DNA of 64,000 bases, taken from Tubulanus polymorphus. Lineage: Eukaryota; Animalia; Nemertea. Shown here piece by piece: positions 50,458-63,101 of the stretch. Within the stretch, counting starts at the first letter, position 1; every line of letters begins with the position of its first letter. The stretch covers positions 7,587,950-7,651,949 of the forward strand of contig NC_134026.1 of assembly GCF_964204645.1 (NCBI RefSeq), written 5' to 3'. The translations under genes and the position numbers were made by a program. The notes under the pieces were generated by a model. That model worked only from the letters and a program-made list of their open reading frames with translations. It was not told the origin of the DNA and searched no databases.

Positions 50458-51372
50458 ATGAATGATAGCAACTACAGCCAAGCTTTTAACGTTTTCCGAA
50501 ATTTCTCTAGTGGATTTCTAGGATATTCGGTAAATGGAAAATGTAATAAACTGGCTGAAGCGTTCCGTCGCTGTTACAAAGAATGCCGTGCCGTAGAAGA
50601 CTCCCGTGGATTGAGAATACTGGCAATAGGTCCCGCTCGTGGACATCTGATTGAAGACGCACTGTTTACAGCTTGGAGTGATATTAGAATTGATCGGTTA
50701 GATTGTGTAGAACCAAACACTCATATGTTGATTGAACTGAAAGAACGGATGGGTTTACTGGCCAGTAAGTTTGACTTCTCTTACACCATACACAACCGAC
50801 ACTTCAACTCAGAAGAAAGTCGATCATTTCTGCCGAATAATTTCTACGATTTGTTGGTATTTTCACATGTTCTCTACTATTTTGATGATCCTGGATTCGT
50901 TTTGGAAACTGCCTTGCACGAACTGGCACACAGTAACGGAAGGGCATACACTTCGCTGCATGTGAATAGCAAGTCTACTGAACTAATGCGTGATGAATTC
51001 AAACATATTATACCATCTCAAACGACTGACGAATCGCCACCTAACAGAAACAAAAAAGAATTGTCGATTCTTGACATTCTGGCCGGGACTAAGACTCGAA
51101 TTGTCTCTAAGGAAACAGTGATATACGGTGTTATTTTACATTTAGCGTTGGAACCTGGTGGAGTTTGTATCAGTGAATTCGATAAACAGATTCACCACAT
51201 GGCGGACGGGCTGTTGTCTTATGAAACACAAATGGATATCGAAGATATCGGCAAACTGCCAGGTGAAACGAGAAACAAAATTCAAAATATTATTCGTAAA
51301 TATTCGGTAGATTGTTACGGTTTTCCGATAATTCCCGAACCAACTGAAATAGCACTTATAGCGAGAGAATAA
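50458..51372 (+). CDS. Intronless HNMT-like SAM-dependent methyltransferase (copy 2)
   Basis: Same motifs as copy 1; first ATG at 50458; ORF intact. Confidence 0.8.
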   Translation: MNDSNYSQAFNVFRNFSSGFLGYSVNGKCNKLAEAFRRCYKECRAVEDSRGLRILAIGPARGHLIEDALFTAWSDIRIDRLDCVEPNTHMLIELKERMGLLASKFDFSYTIHNRHFNSEESRSFLPNNFYDLLVFSHVLYYFDDPGFVLETALHELAHSNGRAYTSLHVNSKSTELMRDEFKHIIPSQTTDESPPNRNKKELSILDILAGTKTRIVSKETVIYGVILHLALEPGGVCISEFDKQIHHMADGLLSYETQMDIEDIGKLPGETRNKIQNIIRKYSVDCYGFPIIPEPTEIALIARE

Positions 51373-51900
51373 TCGCCGCCATTTTGTTTTTGTTTCCATA
51401 TTGCTCTTTTTTATTTAATTTATGGGACTGGTTTGATGTACATAAAAGGTTATCAGCATATTTAGAAACATGTTCATTTGCAAGATTGTTACGATGTAAT
51501 AGATAAAGTAAAATAAATCGTAATCATATAAAATATACCCCTTATATTTTATATTTTTCATTTAAAGTTCACTAGCGGTCAGTCGCCTTTTTATTATCTC
51601 TCGGATGGGTTTGAACCCTGGTGGGCCTCTTCGGGGGCTTCTCTTTTAAAGCTTAGATCCGTGGATTCGAACCCTGGGGCTTGGAGTGGTTGGTTAACGA
51701 TATCGATACATGTATTAGAAATTACAAGCTTTTGCTACAAGCGCAAAGAGTAGGTTCATCATGTAAATGAGTGGAAGATTAAAACCATTCACCAGATGAT
51801 GCTACTTTGTACATTTATAGTTTCATCAGGTAAATGATTCAAGTCAATGGAGAAGAAACAGTATTATACAGCATTATGGGGAGAGTGACACTGATTTAAA

Positions 51901-52182
51901 GGAGGTGTGCGAATTAGGCTGATAAGTGTGGATGAATAGGTAAAGCAATGATCAGAAAAGTTCTGAACGATAGACGCGCTTTGTAAAAGTTTCAGGAAAT
52001 GTTAATTGTTCAAGGTGTATCAACTGAAGAATCTGAATCGCTATGTGACCCGAGCGGGGATGTTTGGAGTGTTATGACAATAGCTAAACATACTGTTGAT
52101 ATCCTTGCAAATAAATCAGGTACGTTTAACCAGATTCATCACAAACAAAGATTTATGAGATGGTTGTCCAATCCCATCCATT
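51901..52182 (+). pseudogene. Degenerate duplicate of TYMP exon 6 with its donor and the start of the intron
   Basis: [41 protein letters not shown]|gtacg matches 57398-57700; the 5' part has deletions and stops. Confidence 0.88.
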
Positions 52183-52699
52183 AATTAAGATACGGATGGG
52201 ATTGTCTTACTTACAAATAAGAATCCATTGTGATATATTTCTGTCCTGACTTGACAACGAATTTTGAACTCGTGTAAACATTTTCCAACCTGTTCAGATG
52301 TTTTACTATGAAATATTTCACCATTTACAATAAATTCTTGTACAACGTTTATTTATATCTAATTTAGTGACATATATATTTTACACGATATTAGACTCTC
52401 ATTCAATTTGTGAGAATTGATTTTCTATTCGCTGTTAACAATACATCTCAGAAATGAATTGTAGCTGTGATAATGGTTTCTTTATTGTAGATTAGAATTA
52501 ATTTTCCGATTCGCGAGAAGACACGGTCAGTTCCAGAACATTCTCAGACAAGTCAGTATACTATCAGTCACTGATTATTGAGATTTTCCATTTGGGATGC
52601 GAACGATGAATTGTGAGCATCAGTAAATAATAAATGGCTTTGATTTGAATCAGTCTATTACATCCAATCCATACCTTCAACGGTTGATTATCGTGATTC

Positions 52700-53653
52700 A
52701 TGAATTCTACTCAAATGCCGACTGATCGAACATTTCCCAGTAACACTCTCATCATGTCTTTAGCGAACAAGTCTGGAATCTACCGCACTGTGTTATTGGT
52801 CATTCTGCCGGGCTTATTCCTGTTTGGAGCGTTTGGAAATTCAGCTACTTTCCTGATAATGATAAGTCGTAGATTCTACAGTTTATCTTACGCTAACTAT
52901 CTTATCGTTTTGACGCTGAGTGATTCTATGTGCTGCATCAATTATACACTAATGCCTGTTTTAAAGTTTCTTCTCTTGCACGTTAAAGATGGTCCTATAT
53001 TCATCCTGAATTCACTGATCAGTTGTAAAATGTACGGATTTGTTATGACGCTTGCAGTAATCAATAGTGCGTGGTTAATAGTAGCAATATCTCTAGAACG
53101 TGCGGCAGTTGTGCTCTTCCCGTTCACATCTCGTTTGATATGTACACCGAGATTCGCTAGGTTTGTTATATTGATAATTATTGCAGTGAATTCACTGATT
53201 CTATATCTCACACCTGCTTTATCGATGCATGTTTTCGACAAGTTTTTTGGATGTTACTATAAATTAATTGACCAAATGACATATTTTGCGGTATTTGTAA
53301 TCTACGTTGTCATTCTGCCATTATCTTTGATTCTAATATCAAATTCTGTTATTATAGTTCAGTTAATATTCAGAGGTTCAAAAAGGATTTCGGCTGATCA
53401 GAAAACTACGAAATCAAAACGTACAACAATAATGCTTGTAACAGTTTCACTCGTATTTGCAATATGTACACTTCCAACCACTATTACCTTATTTATACAA
53501 GTTTCCCCTAAACAAAGAGAATTTCTATACGAGTTTTTCACTCAGTTTGAAATGTGTAACTATGTGGTAAATTTTTACATTTATCTTTTACTGGGACGAG
53601 AAATTCGTGAATATTTCTGCATGAAAATATGCTGTAGAAATTCAGTCAAATAA
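52700..53653 (+). CDS. Intronless class A GPCR paralog, 317 aa
   Basis: Intact ORF with the family motifs. Confidence 0.92.
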   Translation: MNSTQMPTDRTFPSNTLIMSLANKSGIYRTVLLVILPGLFLFGAFGNSATFLIMISRRFYSLSYANYLIVLTLSDSMCCINYTLMPVLKFLLLHVKDGPIFILNSLISCKMYGFVMTLAVINSAWLIVAISLERAAVVLFPFTSRLICTPRFARFVILIIIAVNSLILYLTPALSMHVFDKFFGCYYKLIDQMTYFAVFVIYVVILPLSLILISNSVIIVQLIFRGSKRISADQKTTKSKRTTIMLVTVSLVFAICTLPTTITLFIQVSPKQREFLYEFFTQFEMCNYVVNFYIYLLLGREIREYFCMKICCRNSVK

Positions 53654-53811
53654 CCAGTGATTTCAAATTTGATTCACTTGATACAGCTTTAACCCGTATT
53701 TACTGAAGACTGGTTACAGGAACATTCATTAAATTAAATTTTACTGTTAATTTGTCCAACTCCAAAAATATAAACCTTCGCACAATTAAGATTTTTGTGA
53801 TTTCACGGTAC

Positions 53812-54085
53812 ATCGATACACTGATGCCTATTTTACCGTTTGTTCTCTTCCACGTTAAAAATGGTCCTATATATTCATCATGAATTCACTGATCAGTTGT
53901 CAGTTCTATGATTCCTTTTTGGCACTTGGTGGCAATATTTCGTAGTTAATAGTACTAATATCTCTAGAACGTGCGGCAGTTAACTATTGTGTTTTTCCCG
54001 TTCACATCTCTATGATGCAATATTTAATACATACAACTGAATGAAGATCCGCAGTTGAAATTCTGTTAAAAATACGTAGCAATTG
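53812..54085 (+). pseudogene. GPCR internal fragment (TM2-TM3 and 3' end)
   Basis: Matches ctgatgcct...catgaattcactgatcagttgt...tctctagaacgtgcggcagtt; TAG at 53943. Confidence 0.75.
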
Positions 54086-54444
54086 ATTTCAAGTTTGATT
54101 CAGGACTTGATTCCAAATATCTCGATTAGAATTTGACTCCAAAATTGAAATTCATGCCGTTGCTGTCGTTAAATGGGAACCGGGGAACTGTGAAACATTG
54201 GAACTGTGGATCTGTGGAACTGAGGAACTAGCGCGTGGTGAGCTAAGATAATGGAGTTGTACTAGAGACCTCACTGTTTATTCGATATATCGATTTGATA
54301 AAATAAAAAGTGACGGAAAAATTAAAAAAGATTTGTATATTTGCGATGGGCACCAGATGGTAGACAGCGGTGACTGCTGAACACACCATAGTGTAGGTTT
54401 TACATTTATGATACAGGATAGTATATTTCAGTTGGTAAAGCAAG

Positions 54445-57400
54445 ATGCCTGCAACTGACGGTTTTGAACCATTTAACACTAGTCTAATGGACCACGAAGA
54501 TGCTGCTGTCATGGTTACACAGACTCTGATCGATAAGAAGAAAGATGGCGAAGAACTTGATGAAGATGAGATTCATTTCTTTGTGAAAGGAGTCGTTGAG
54601 GAAGAGATACGTCAATCACAGCTAGGTAAGATACAGTTGGTTAGTATTCCAGATTTAACATGTGTTCAGGACTTCACCTTTTCATTTCGCAGTCACCTTC
54701 CAAATTTTTATTGAAATTGAACTAAATACACCAGACATTAAAAATCAGTTCACTATAAAAACCTGATCGTCCACAGTTCATATATGTTCAGTATCTCACC
54801 CAAGACATTCCTGTTACAGCAGATGTTTAATCAGCATGTTTTCACAAACTTATCGTCAACGCTTCACAGTGTACCGAACTACACCGGAGATTCTGATTAA
54901 AAATGAATGGGATACCGGCAAGGCTATTGAGGGAAGCGAGGATTCAGCGATAATCCGCCAGGATCGCTAGTGGCACTGGGTTACCGCGCTTCAATTTCTT
55001 CTACATTTCAATAAACTTCGAGTCAAGTTTTCTGATTAGTAAATCAATTTTCAGTGAAATCAATACCATATACTGAGAGAGAAAGGAAATCTTATATCAA
55101 TTCGATGACTCGTTTGATAATTTCCGGATTTGGAAGCCTAAAAATAATGTTCAAAATTCATTGAAAATGAACTGATTTTCACCACGAGTAACCCAGTGTT
55201 TTGTTGCGCCATCTGGTGTTGCCGGTATCCCATTATGAACACCAGAAATTAGACATTTAATGAGCACATTTCTTATGTATTTCATCGGCAACCCTATTGA
55301 TTTACAACCTATTCGACATCATTGCTAATATGAATGGTTTCAGGAGCAATGTTAATGGCTATATATGTGAAAGGTATGACAGTACGGGAGACTGTGCATC
55401 TAACTAACCAGTTCATGCATTCTGGTGCTCTGTTAACCTGGCCCGACGACTGGAGGGATCTTGTAGTAGATAAACACAGTACTGGAGGAGTTGGAGATAA
55501 AGTCAGTATTCCACTGGCTCCTGCTCTTATCGCATGTGGACTAAAGGTAAGGAATCTTACGAGGACCCAATAGTTCCAGAAATAATGAGGATATTTATTC
55601 AGAAATAGATTAACATATGGATTGAAATCTTATAATGGGCTGAATCCAAGGTGAAAATCATTGCCCAGGCGTCAGTTGCATAGTCAAGACCATTCTAACC
55701 TTAATTTGGTTATAGAACTAATCTAACACATTAGGGTGTCTTAAGGGGAATATAGAAACATCAATATCAATATCTTAAGGACATCAGTAGCTGTTCCTAG
55801 GTCCTTCAATTGCCAATTTAACATTCCAAAGAAACTCACTATGGAATCGATTCTGTAATGGTGAACGAAATGAGCAATTTTGATTAACGTTATCTCTATG
55901 TTTCAGGTGCCGATGATGGCAGGACGGAGTTTGGAACATACAGGAGGCACTATAGATAAACTGGAATCAATACCGGGATATAACCCAGATCAGAATATTT
56001 CGTCGATGGAAACATTGTTGGGAACAGTAGGTGGTTGTATAGTCAGTCAAACTAAACAACTAAATCCAGCTGATCGTATTTTCTACGCAACCAGAAACGT
56101 TACATCAACGGTAGCGAATATTCCTCTAATCGTGGGTTAGTGATTATATGCGCTTGTGGCAATAGCTATTATTTGTAATGAAGACTAGTTAAGCTACTTA
56201 TTTGTCTTAGCACGCCTGATTAGACAGTAGGTTAACACGGCTCCTCTACAACTATATCACTTAATAAGAAAAGTCTCTTTACAGCTTCAATCGTGTCTAA
56301 GAAAGCTGTTGAAGGGATCTCGTGTTTAGTTCTCGATGTTAAGTTTGGGACTGCTGCCTTCATGAAGACTAAAGAAAATGCTTTACGCCTAGCCAAAAAT
56401 ATGGTCAGTCACTAATGTCCATACAAAGGCTTTTATTCAGCAAAAACATAGCTTGACCGGTCATTACACCTAACTGATCACTAGCCACACACTTGACCGG
56501 TTACCACAGCTAAATGGGCCACCACACCGACCTGAAAAATTTACAAACTCCGCCATTCACAACCGTTCTCTGGTCTTGTGGTGTGCATGCTCAACTGGCA
56601 TGTTTGAGGCCCAAGATCGAATCTACTAAGCTTATGAGCCAGGACTAGAGTTATTTTGATGAGCAATAGCTTTGCAAGGATGATGCCATCTTTTGTTGAA
56701 ATTCATCTAATTGTCGAATAAAGAACTGCCATTGAAAACTTAAGCCCACGAGACTGAAATTTACATGGAATTAAATTGAACAGGTCTAACTGTGAATATA
56801 AATTCTATCTATTTTTGCAGGTAGAGGTGGGAAAAGGTCTTGGAATGAAGATAGCAGTTTGTTTATCTAGAATGGACCATCCTATCGGGTTTATGGTTGG
56901 TAATGCACTGGAGATCGAAGAATCAATACAATGCATGAAAGGCGAGGGACCCGATGATCTAGATCAACTTGTAGTTGCACAAGGTATTATAAGAATACTG
57001 ACTTCATTATTCAGTTTCGCAGTTTTTCTATACTTCTAAGATCAGTCGAAGCTCAATTGGCCCTACGAGCAATTATCTGAACTTCAGATAATTGCTCGTA
57101 GATTGGCCTATGCGAAAAGTTGACGTAGAGCCAAATGTTTGGCCGTAGAGTCATATTTTGACTGAGAACAGTGGAACTGGTTTCAGGCGGTAGTTAAGTC
57201 CAAAAGTGGTCTTAAATCTTAAGACTGGTCGTAATGTTGTTACATTGGCTATATAACTAAGTAAGCCTTAGACTTTTCTTAGTTCAATGCCGTGGACTGT
57301 TTTACAATTCCATGATTTGAAACAAATGTCATCAACAAACAAGTCTTGTAATATGTCAACATTTTCATACAAGTAGTCATTCTGCGATGTTCAACAGGCG

Positions 57401-60400
57401 GTGTGCTGCTTTATTTGGCGAATCAGGCTGATAGTGTGGATTTGGGAAAAGCAATGATCAGGAATGTTCTGAACGATGGAAGCGCCTTGATTAAGTTCCA
57501 GGAGATGTTAATTGCTCAAGGCGTATCAACTGAAGAATCTGAATTGCTATGTGACCCGGACGGGGATGTTTGGAATGTTATGACAAAAGCTAAACATACT
57601 GTTGATATCCTTGCAAATAAATCAGGTACGTTTTTAAGGTGGCTATAGAACCAAATTCATCACAAACAAAGATTTCCCCAGTATGAGATGGTTGTCCAAC
57701 CCCATCGAGCCACGGCTCAGATGTGATTATCCCGCTTTATTTGATGTGATATTGTGAGACATGGGTTTAATTTGCATCACTCTAGATATAGAGTAAGACC
57801 ACACCTGAAACAGTAAATTTTTGTGGATTGTGAATTCTACTGAGATGTAGATCGGTCGAACGTACAGCAGCTACATTGTTCTCATCACTGTTGTGCAGGG
57901 AATCTATCTATCTGGAATCTACCGTAATAAACAATGTACTTGAGAACTCCTAGCTACTGTTGTGGTTGGATAATGCACCGTTGAAATTAAGACATTTGTT
58001 TTCCCTGTATAGAACTGATAAAATATTTTCCAACCTGTTCAGATGTTTTAATATAGAATTATGCATTTCACCATTTACAATGAATAACAATTTAATCAAA
58101 TTAGTATTTTACACAATGAAAAACTTTCACAAAATCTGAGTAAATTGAGTAAGATTTCTGAGAATTGATTTTTCATTCGATGTTAACAATGATTCTTACG
58201 AATGGATGGAAACAGTAATAAAGACTAATGATATCGTTATATTAAAGTTGAATTGATTTTCCAATATCCGAGAAAACCCGGTCAGTTCAAGAACATTCTC
58301 AGACAGTTACTCCGCTCTCAAACAGTCGGTACACCCTCAGACAGCACAGTTGGTACACTCACATGATCCAAGGGAATCATGAATTCTACTCAGATTCAAA
58401 TCGGTCGACCTTATAACAGTTACATTCTGCTCATGTCTGTGGTGAACAGGTCTGGAATCTACCGTACTGTGTCACTGGTCATTCTGCCTATTTGGTTCCT
58501 GTTAGGAGTCTCTGGAAATTCAGCTACTTTTCTGATAATGATTAGTCGCAGATTCCGTACTTTGTCTTACGCAAACTATCTTATCGTTTTGTCTCTATGT
58601 GATTCCATATATTGTATCAATTTTACTCTGATGCCTGTTTTACAGTTTGTTCTCTTGCATTCTAAAACAGGTCCTATATTCATGATGAATTCACTGATTT
58701 GTTGTCAAATCTATGATTTTGTAATGGCACTTGCATGCTGCAATTATGGTTGATAGTGGCAATATCTCTGGAACGTGCGGCAGTTGTGCTCTTCCCGTTC
58801 ACATCTCGTTTGATATGTACACCGATATTTGCCAGATTAACTATATTGATAATTACTGCAGTAAATGTAGTGGTTATAAATCTTTTATCTACTTTGTCGA
58901 TACATTTTCCCGACCAGTTTTTTGGATGTTACTATGAATTAGTCGACCAGATAAATTTGTTCTCCGTAATTGTCGTTCACATTTTCATTCTACCGTTATC
59001 TTTGATCCTGACATCAAACTCTGTTATAATAATTCAGTTATTCAGGGGTTCAAAAATGGTTTCATCTGATCAGAAAACTACAAAATCTAAACGTACAACA
59101 ATAATGCTTGTAACAGTTTCATTCGCATTTGCATTATTTACAATTCCATCCACTATTACTACATTTTTACCAATCTCACCAGAACAAAGACATTTCCTAT
59201 ATGACATTTTCAATCAGTTCTTTATGTGAAACTATGTGGTAAATTTCTACATATATATTTTACTGGGACGAGAAATTCGTGAATATTTCTGTATGAAAAT
59301 CCGCTGTAGAAATACAGACAAATAACCATTGATCTTCAAGTTTGATTCAATCTTTAAAACTTGTTGAATCTATTCTAATCTTCTTGTTATCTTTCTCAAA
59401 ATCTTAAATATCAAAATATATATATAAAATTGAAGTATCAATTGAAAGTAAGAGTATCTCAAGAACCCTTCAAATTTTCCATGTGACTTGGAGGACCGTT
59501 TAATAAATATAGCCAAAGATCATCAAGATTTTCAAATACTAGTACAAGGAGTTCGCTTTCAAAAAGCGAAATTGAATCAGGCATAAGCTTAGTTTGTGGA
59601 TTAGGAGCATATCTTTAAAAAGGAAATACTCAAAAGAGTCATCATATACACCTAGAAATTATGGGGTCAATTCGTATGATTTTTAAAATTTTGACTCCAG
59701 GTCCTAGAAATAATCTAAGGTTACTTACAACTTAAATCCTTCAAATGAAATGGAAAATTACCCGATCAAATAAGATGGTGTGTGTGCGTGCGCGCGTGCA
59801 TGTGTACTAGATTTGAACTCGGGACGTCGGTATCCGTAATTTTGTCCAACTCCATTGAGCCGCGGGTCAGGTGTGATAGTACTGCTTTTATAGGTAGGAA
59901 TTCATTGTGATATCTGTGTTTGTGCTCGATTTTCCCGATTAAATAGGTGTTTTACTACTAGCTATTTCACCATTTACAATGAATTCTTGTATAGTATAGC
60001 GGGTAACTATATCAAATTTAGTGACATTAAATATATTTCACAGAATAATAAACTTTCACAAAATCTAAATAAATTGTGTAAGATTTCTGAGAATTGATTT
60101 TTCATTTGATGCGAACAATAAACCTTACAAATGAATTGTAGCTTTGATACATCAGATAGTATTAAAACTTCAATAATATCTTTATATTAATACATAAGTT
60201 TCACTTTATTTGCCTCGGTCAAATTGATACATTCAGTCCACACTTTCAGTCAATTAATACACTCTCAGACAGTCGGGACACATCAGACTGTCAGTCCAGG
60301 CCACGCTTTCAATAGTTGATTGTCATGAATAATGAATTCAACTGAGATGCAGATCGGGCGAACTTATCAGGGTAACATTGTTCTCATGTCTGTGGTGAAC

Positions 60401-63101
60401 AGGTCTGGAATCTACCGTACTGTGTCATTGGTCATTCTGCCTGTTTTGTTCGTGTTTGGAACGTTTGGAAATTCAGCTACTTTCCTGATAATGATAAGCC
60501 GCAGATTCCGCAGTTTATCTTACGCTAACTATCTTATCGTTTTGTCGCTGAGTGATTCCATGTCCAGTATCAATTATACACTGATGCCAGTTTTACAGTT
60601 TGTCTTGCGCGTTAAAGATGGTCCTACATTCATGTTGAATTCAATGGTCAATTGTCAAATATATGAGTTTATAATGGATCTTACATTTAGCATTAGTTCG
60701 TGGTTAATAGTAGCAATATCTCTAGAACGTGCGGCAGTTGTGCTCTTCCCGTTCACATCTCGTTTGGTATGTACACCAAGATTCGCTAGATTTGCTATAT
60801 TGATAATTACTGCAGGAAATGTACTGTTCATATGTCTTACATCTGGTTTATCGGTGCATTTTACAGACCAGTCTTTTGGATGTTACTATACACTAATCGA
60901 TCAAATACGATATTTTGCGGTATTTGTCGTCCACGTTTTCGTTCTGCCATTATCTTTGATTCTAACATCAAATTCTGTTATAATAATTCAGTTATTCAGA
61001 GGTTCAAAAATGGTTTCGTCCGATAAGAAAACTACAAAATCAAAACGTACGACAATAATGCTTGTAACAGTTTCAATCGCATTTGCAATATTCACACTTC
61101 CGTCCGCTGTTACCGCATTGTTACCAATTTCCCCGGAACAGAAGAATTTTCTACACGACATTTTTGTTCAGTTTCAAGTTTGTAACTATGTGGTAAATTT
61201 TTACATATATCTTTTACTGGGGCGAGAAATTCGTGAATATTTCTGCATAAAGATCTGCTGTAGAACTTCAGGCAAATAACTATTGATTTCAAGTTTGATT
61301 CACTTCATACAACTTGAACCCGTTGTTTTTTTACTGTGGACTGGTTACAGTGACATAGTATATTACATTTTATTAATAGTCAATTGTTTTGTTCAACGTC
61401 AAAGATGCAAAATATCTGATAATTAGATTCCTTTTTACATAAATCATTGGATTTCTGATTCTAAAAGATGTCAATAATTCATTTTGATTTTTCGTTTCTT
61501 TCAAAAATCATTTTCATGCCTTATTCTATACAGCCTTTCGTTAGATAGATATTGAAAAAATGCACTAAGCTTCAATCTATCATTCAATAATTGTTATACT
61601 GATATCAATTAATGAAGAAGCGAATTTTCATTCAATCGTTAAATCAAAAATTTTAAATGAAATTATCGGATTTAACTTGTGTGTACTGCTTACAAGTAGA
61701 AATACTTTGTGAAATCATTTTGCCACCACTAACAACAAATTGAATTTGTGCATACGTTTCCCAAACTGTTTACATGTTTAACTATAAGATATCATTTCAC
61801 CATTTACGTACATTGAATTTTACGCAATAATTAACTTATCAGGAAACTACAAGACTAATACGTGCAACAATAATGATTCTAACAGTTTCACTCGCATTTT
61901 ACAATACGCATACTTCCTTCCGCTTTTACTACATACTTACCAATCTCAGTCGAACGGAAAGAATTTCTCGATAACATTTTCCATCAAATCCATGTTTGTT
62001 TCTATGTGGTAAATCTATATACTTTTATCTTGTACAAAAGCGTGAATAATTCTGTATGAAAATCCGCTGTAGAAATCCATTTAAAATGTTAACCATTGAT
62101 TTCATGTTTGGCTCACTTCATACAACTTCTTCATCTATATTCATCTGTTCATCTTCCCTACATATCACCTCACCGGACCAGAAAAAAGACTATTTCGTAT
62201 GATATCCAATATATCCTAGTTCGGGTAATATTTTGCAGGTTATGTTCATGATGTTGACGCTATGACTATCGCTAAAGTTGGAAATAGTTTAGGAGCAGGA
62301 CGAAAGCGAGTGAACGAACCGTTAAATCATGCTGTAGGATTAGAACTTAAAATACGTGTCGGTGACTACATCAAACAAGGTATCATTACTACTTACGATT
62401 AGTGAAACACTGTGTCAAACTGTGTTGTAAGAATTAATTCTCTTAAGTTGAAATCAGTTCATTTTCAGTGAAAGTATTTATATGCCATCAACGGCTTAGT
62501 TGCAAAAGGATTTAAGAACACTGTAAGGTCATCTTAGTTCAATCTATAGTTAATCTAACAACTTACGATTTACTTTTGAACTTAGGCCTTGTATGTGGTT
62601 CATATCTTAATACCTATTGCCTTGCGTTGGTTTGCTAATTAGATGTGGTTCTTTTCATTAAAATCATATGGCACATGGTCTGCACTTGCTAAATTAGCAA
62701 AATAATAATCGATACATACAAGTTAACGGTAACCAGTCTACCTATCGGCCTCAGATTGCACCAGAACGCGCCTGCTTGCACGAAATTTTCAAAAATGTTC
62801 TGGGGAGGATACCTCTATTCCTTAAAACGAACCCCCCAAAAATGCCCATGCACTCATATGCATACTAATCGTTTGAAATGTATTTTGCGTGAATTTTTTT
62901 TACATGGATTAATGCATAGTTTTATAACGTTATCTTACAATTTGTACTATTGTGATTTCAGACGATGTTTGGATCAAAGTTCATCACGATCTGGAAGAAT
63001 TCAACGATCAGTTTATCGGACTGTTAAACCAAGCGATCAGATTGGGAGAGGGACCATGCGAGAGACCATCAAGAGTAGAACAGATTATACTCCCAGACTA
63101 G
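54445..63101 (+). CDS. TYMP: Thymidine phosphorylase (8 coding exons)
   Basis: Exons 54445-54625, 55344-55546, 55907-56135, 56285-56403, 56821-56983, 57398-57625, 62239-62379, 62962-63101, all GT-AG and phase-consistent. Motifs [69 protein letters not shown]. Confidence 0.92.
54907..55234. mobile_element. MITE in TYMP intron 1
   Basis: TIRs aatgggataccggcaa / ttgccggtatcccatt. Confidence 0.6.
57063..57101. repeat. Perfect palindrome, 19-bp arms with a 1-nt spacer
   Basis: ctacgagcaattatctgaa-c-ttcagataattgctcgtag. Confidence 0.93.
58379..59325 (+). pseudogene. GPCR paralog nested in TYMP intron 6; frameshift near 58745 and premature TGA at 59227
   Basis: AAT TA TGG occurs where paralogs have AAT AGT TCG TGG (about a 4-nt deletion), and ATG TGA AAC where paralogs have MCN. 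Confidence 0.87.
60332..61279 (+). CDS. Intronless class A GPCR paralog, 315 aa, nested in TYMP intron 6 on the same strand
   Basis: Intact ORF with the family motifs, between TYMP exons ending at 57625 and starting at 62239. Confidence 0.92.
   Translation: MNSTEMQIGRTYQGNIVLMSVVNRSGIYRTVSLVILPVLFVFGTFGNSATFLIMISRRFRSLSYANYLIVLSLSDSMSSINYTLMPVLQFVLRVKDGPTFMLNSMVNCQIYEFIMDLTFSISSWLIVAISLERAAVVLFPFTSRLVCTPRFARFAILIITAGNVLFICLTSGLSVHFTDQSFGCYYTLIDQIRYFAVFVVHVFVLPLSLILTSNSVIIIQLFRGSKMVSSDKKTTKSKRTTIMLVTVSIAFAIFTLPSAVTALLPISPEQKNFLHDIFVQFQVCNYVVNFYIYLLLGREIREYFCIKICCRTSGK
61755..62125 (+). pseudogene. Internally deleted GPCR remnant (upstream module fused to TM6-TM7)
   Basis: Module motif atttcaccatttac joined to caacaataatgattctaacagtttcactcgcattt...ctgtatgaaaatccgctgtagaaat. 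Confidence 0.7.
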
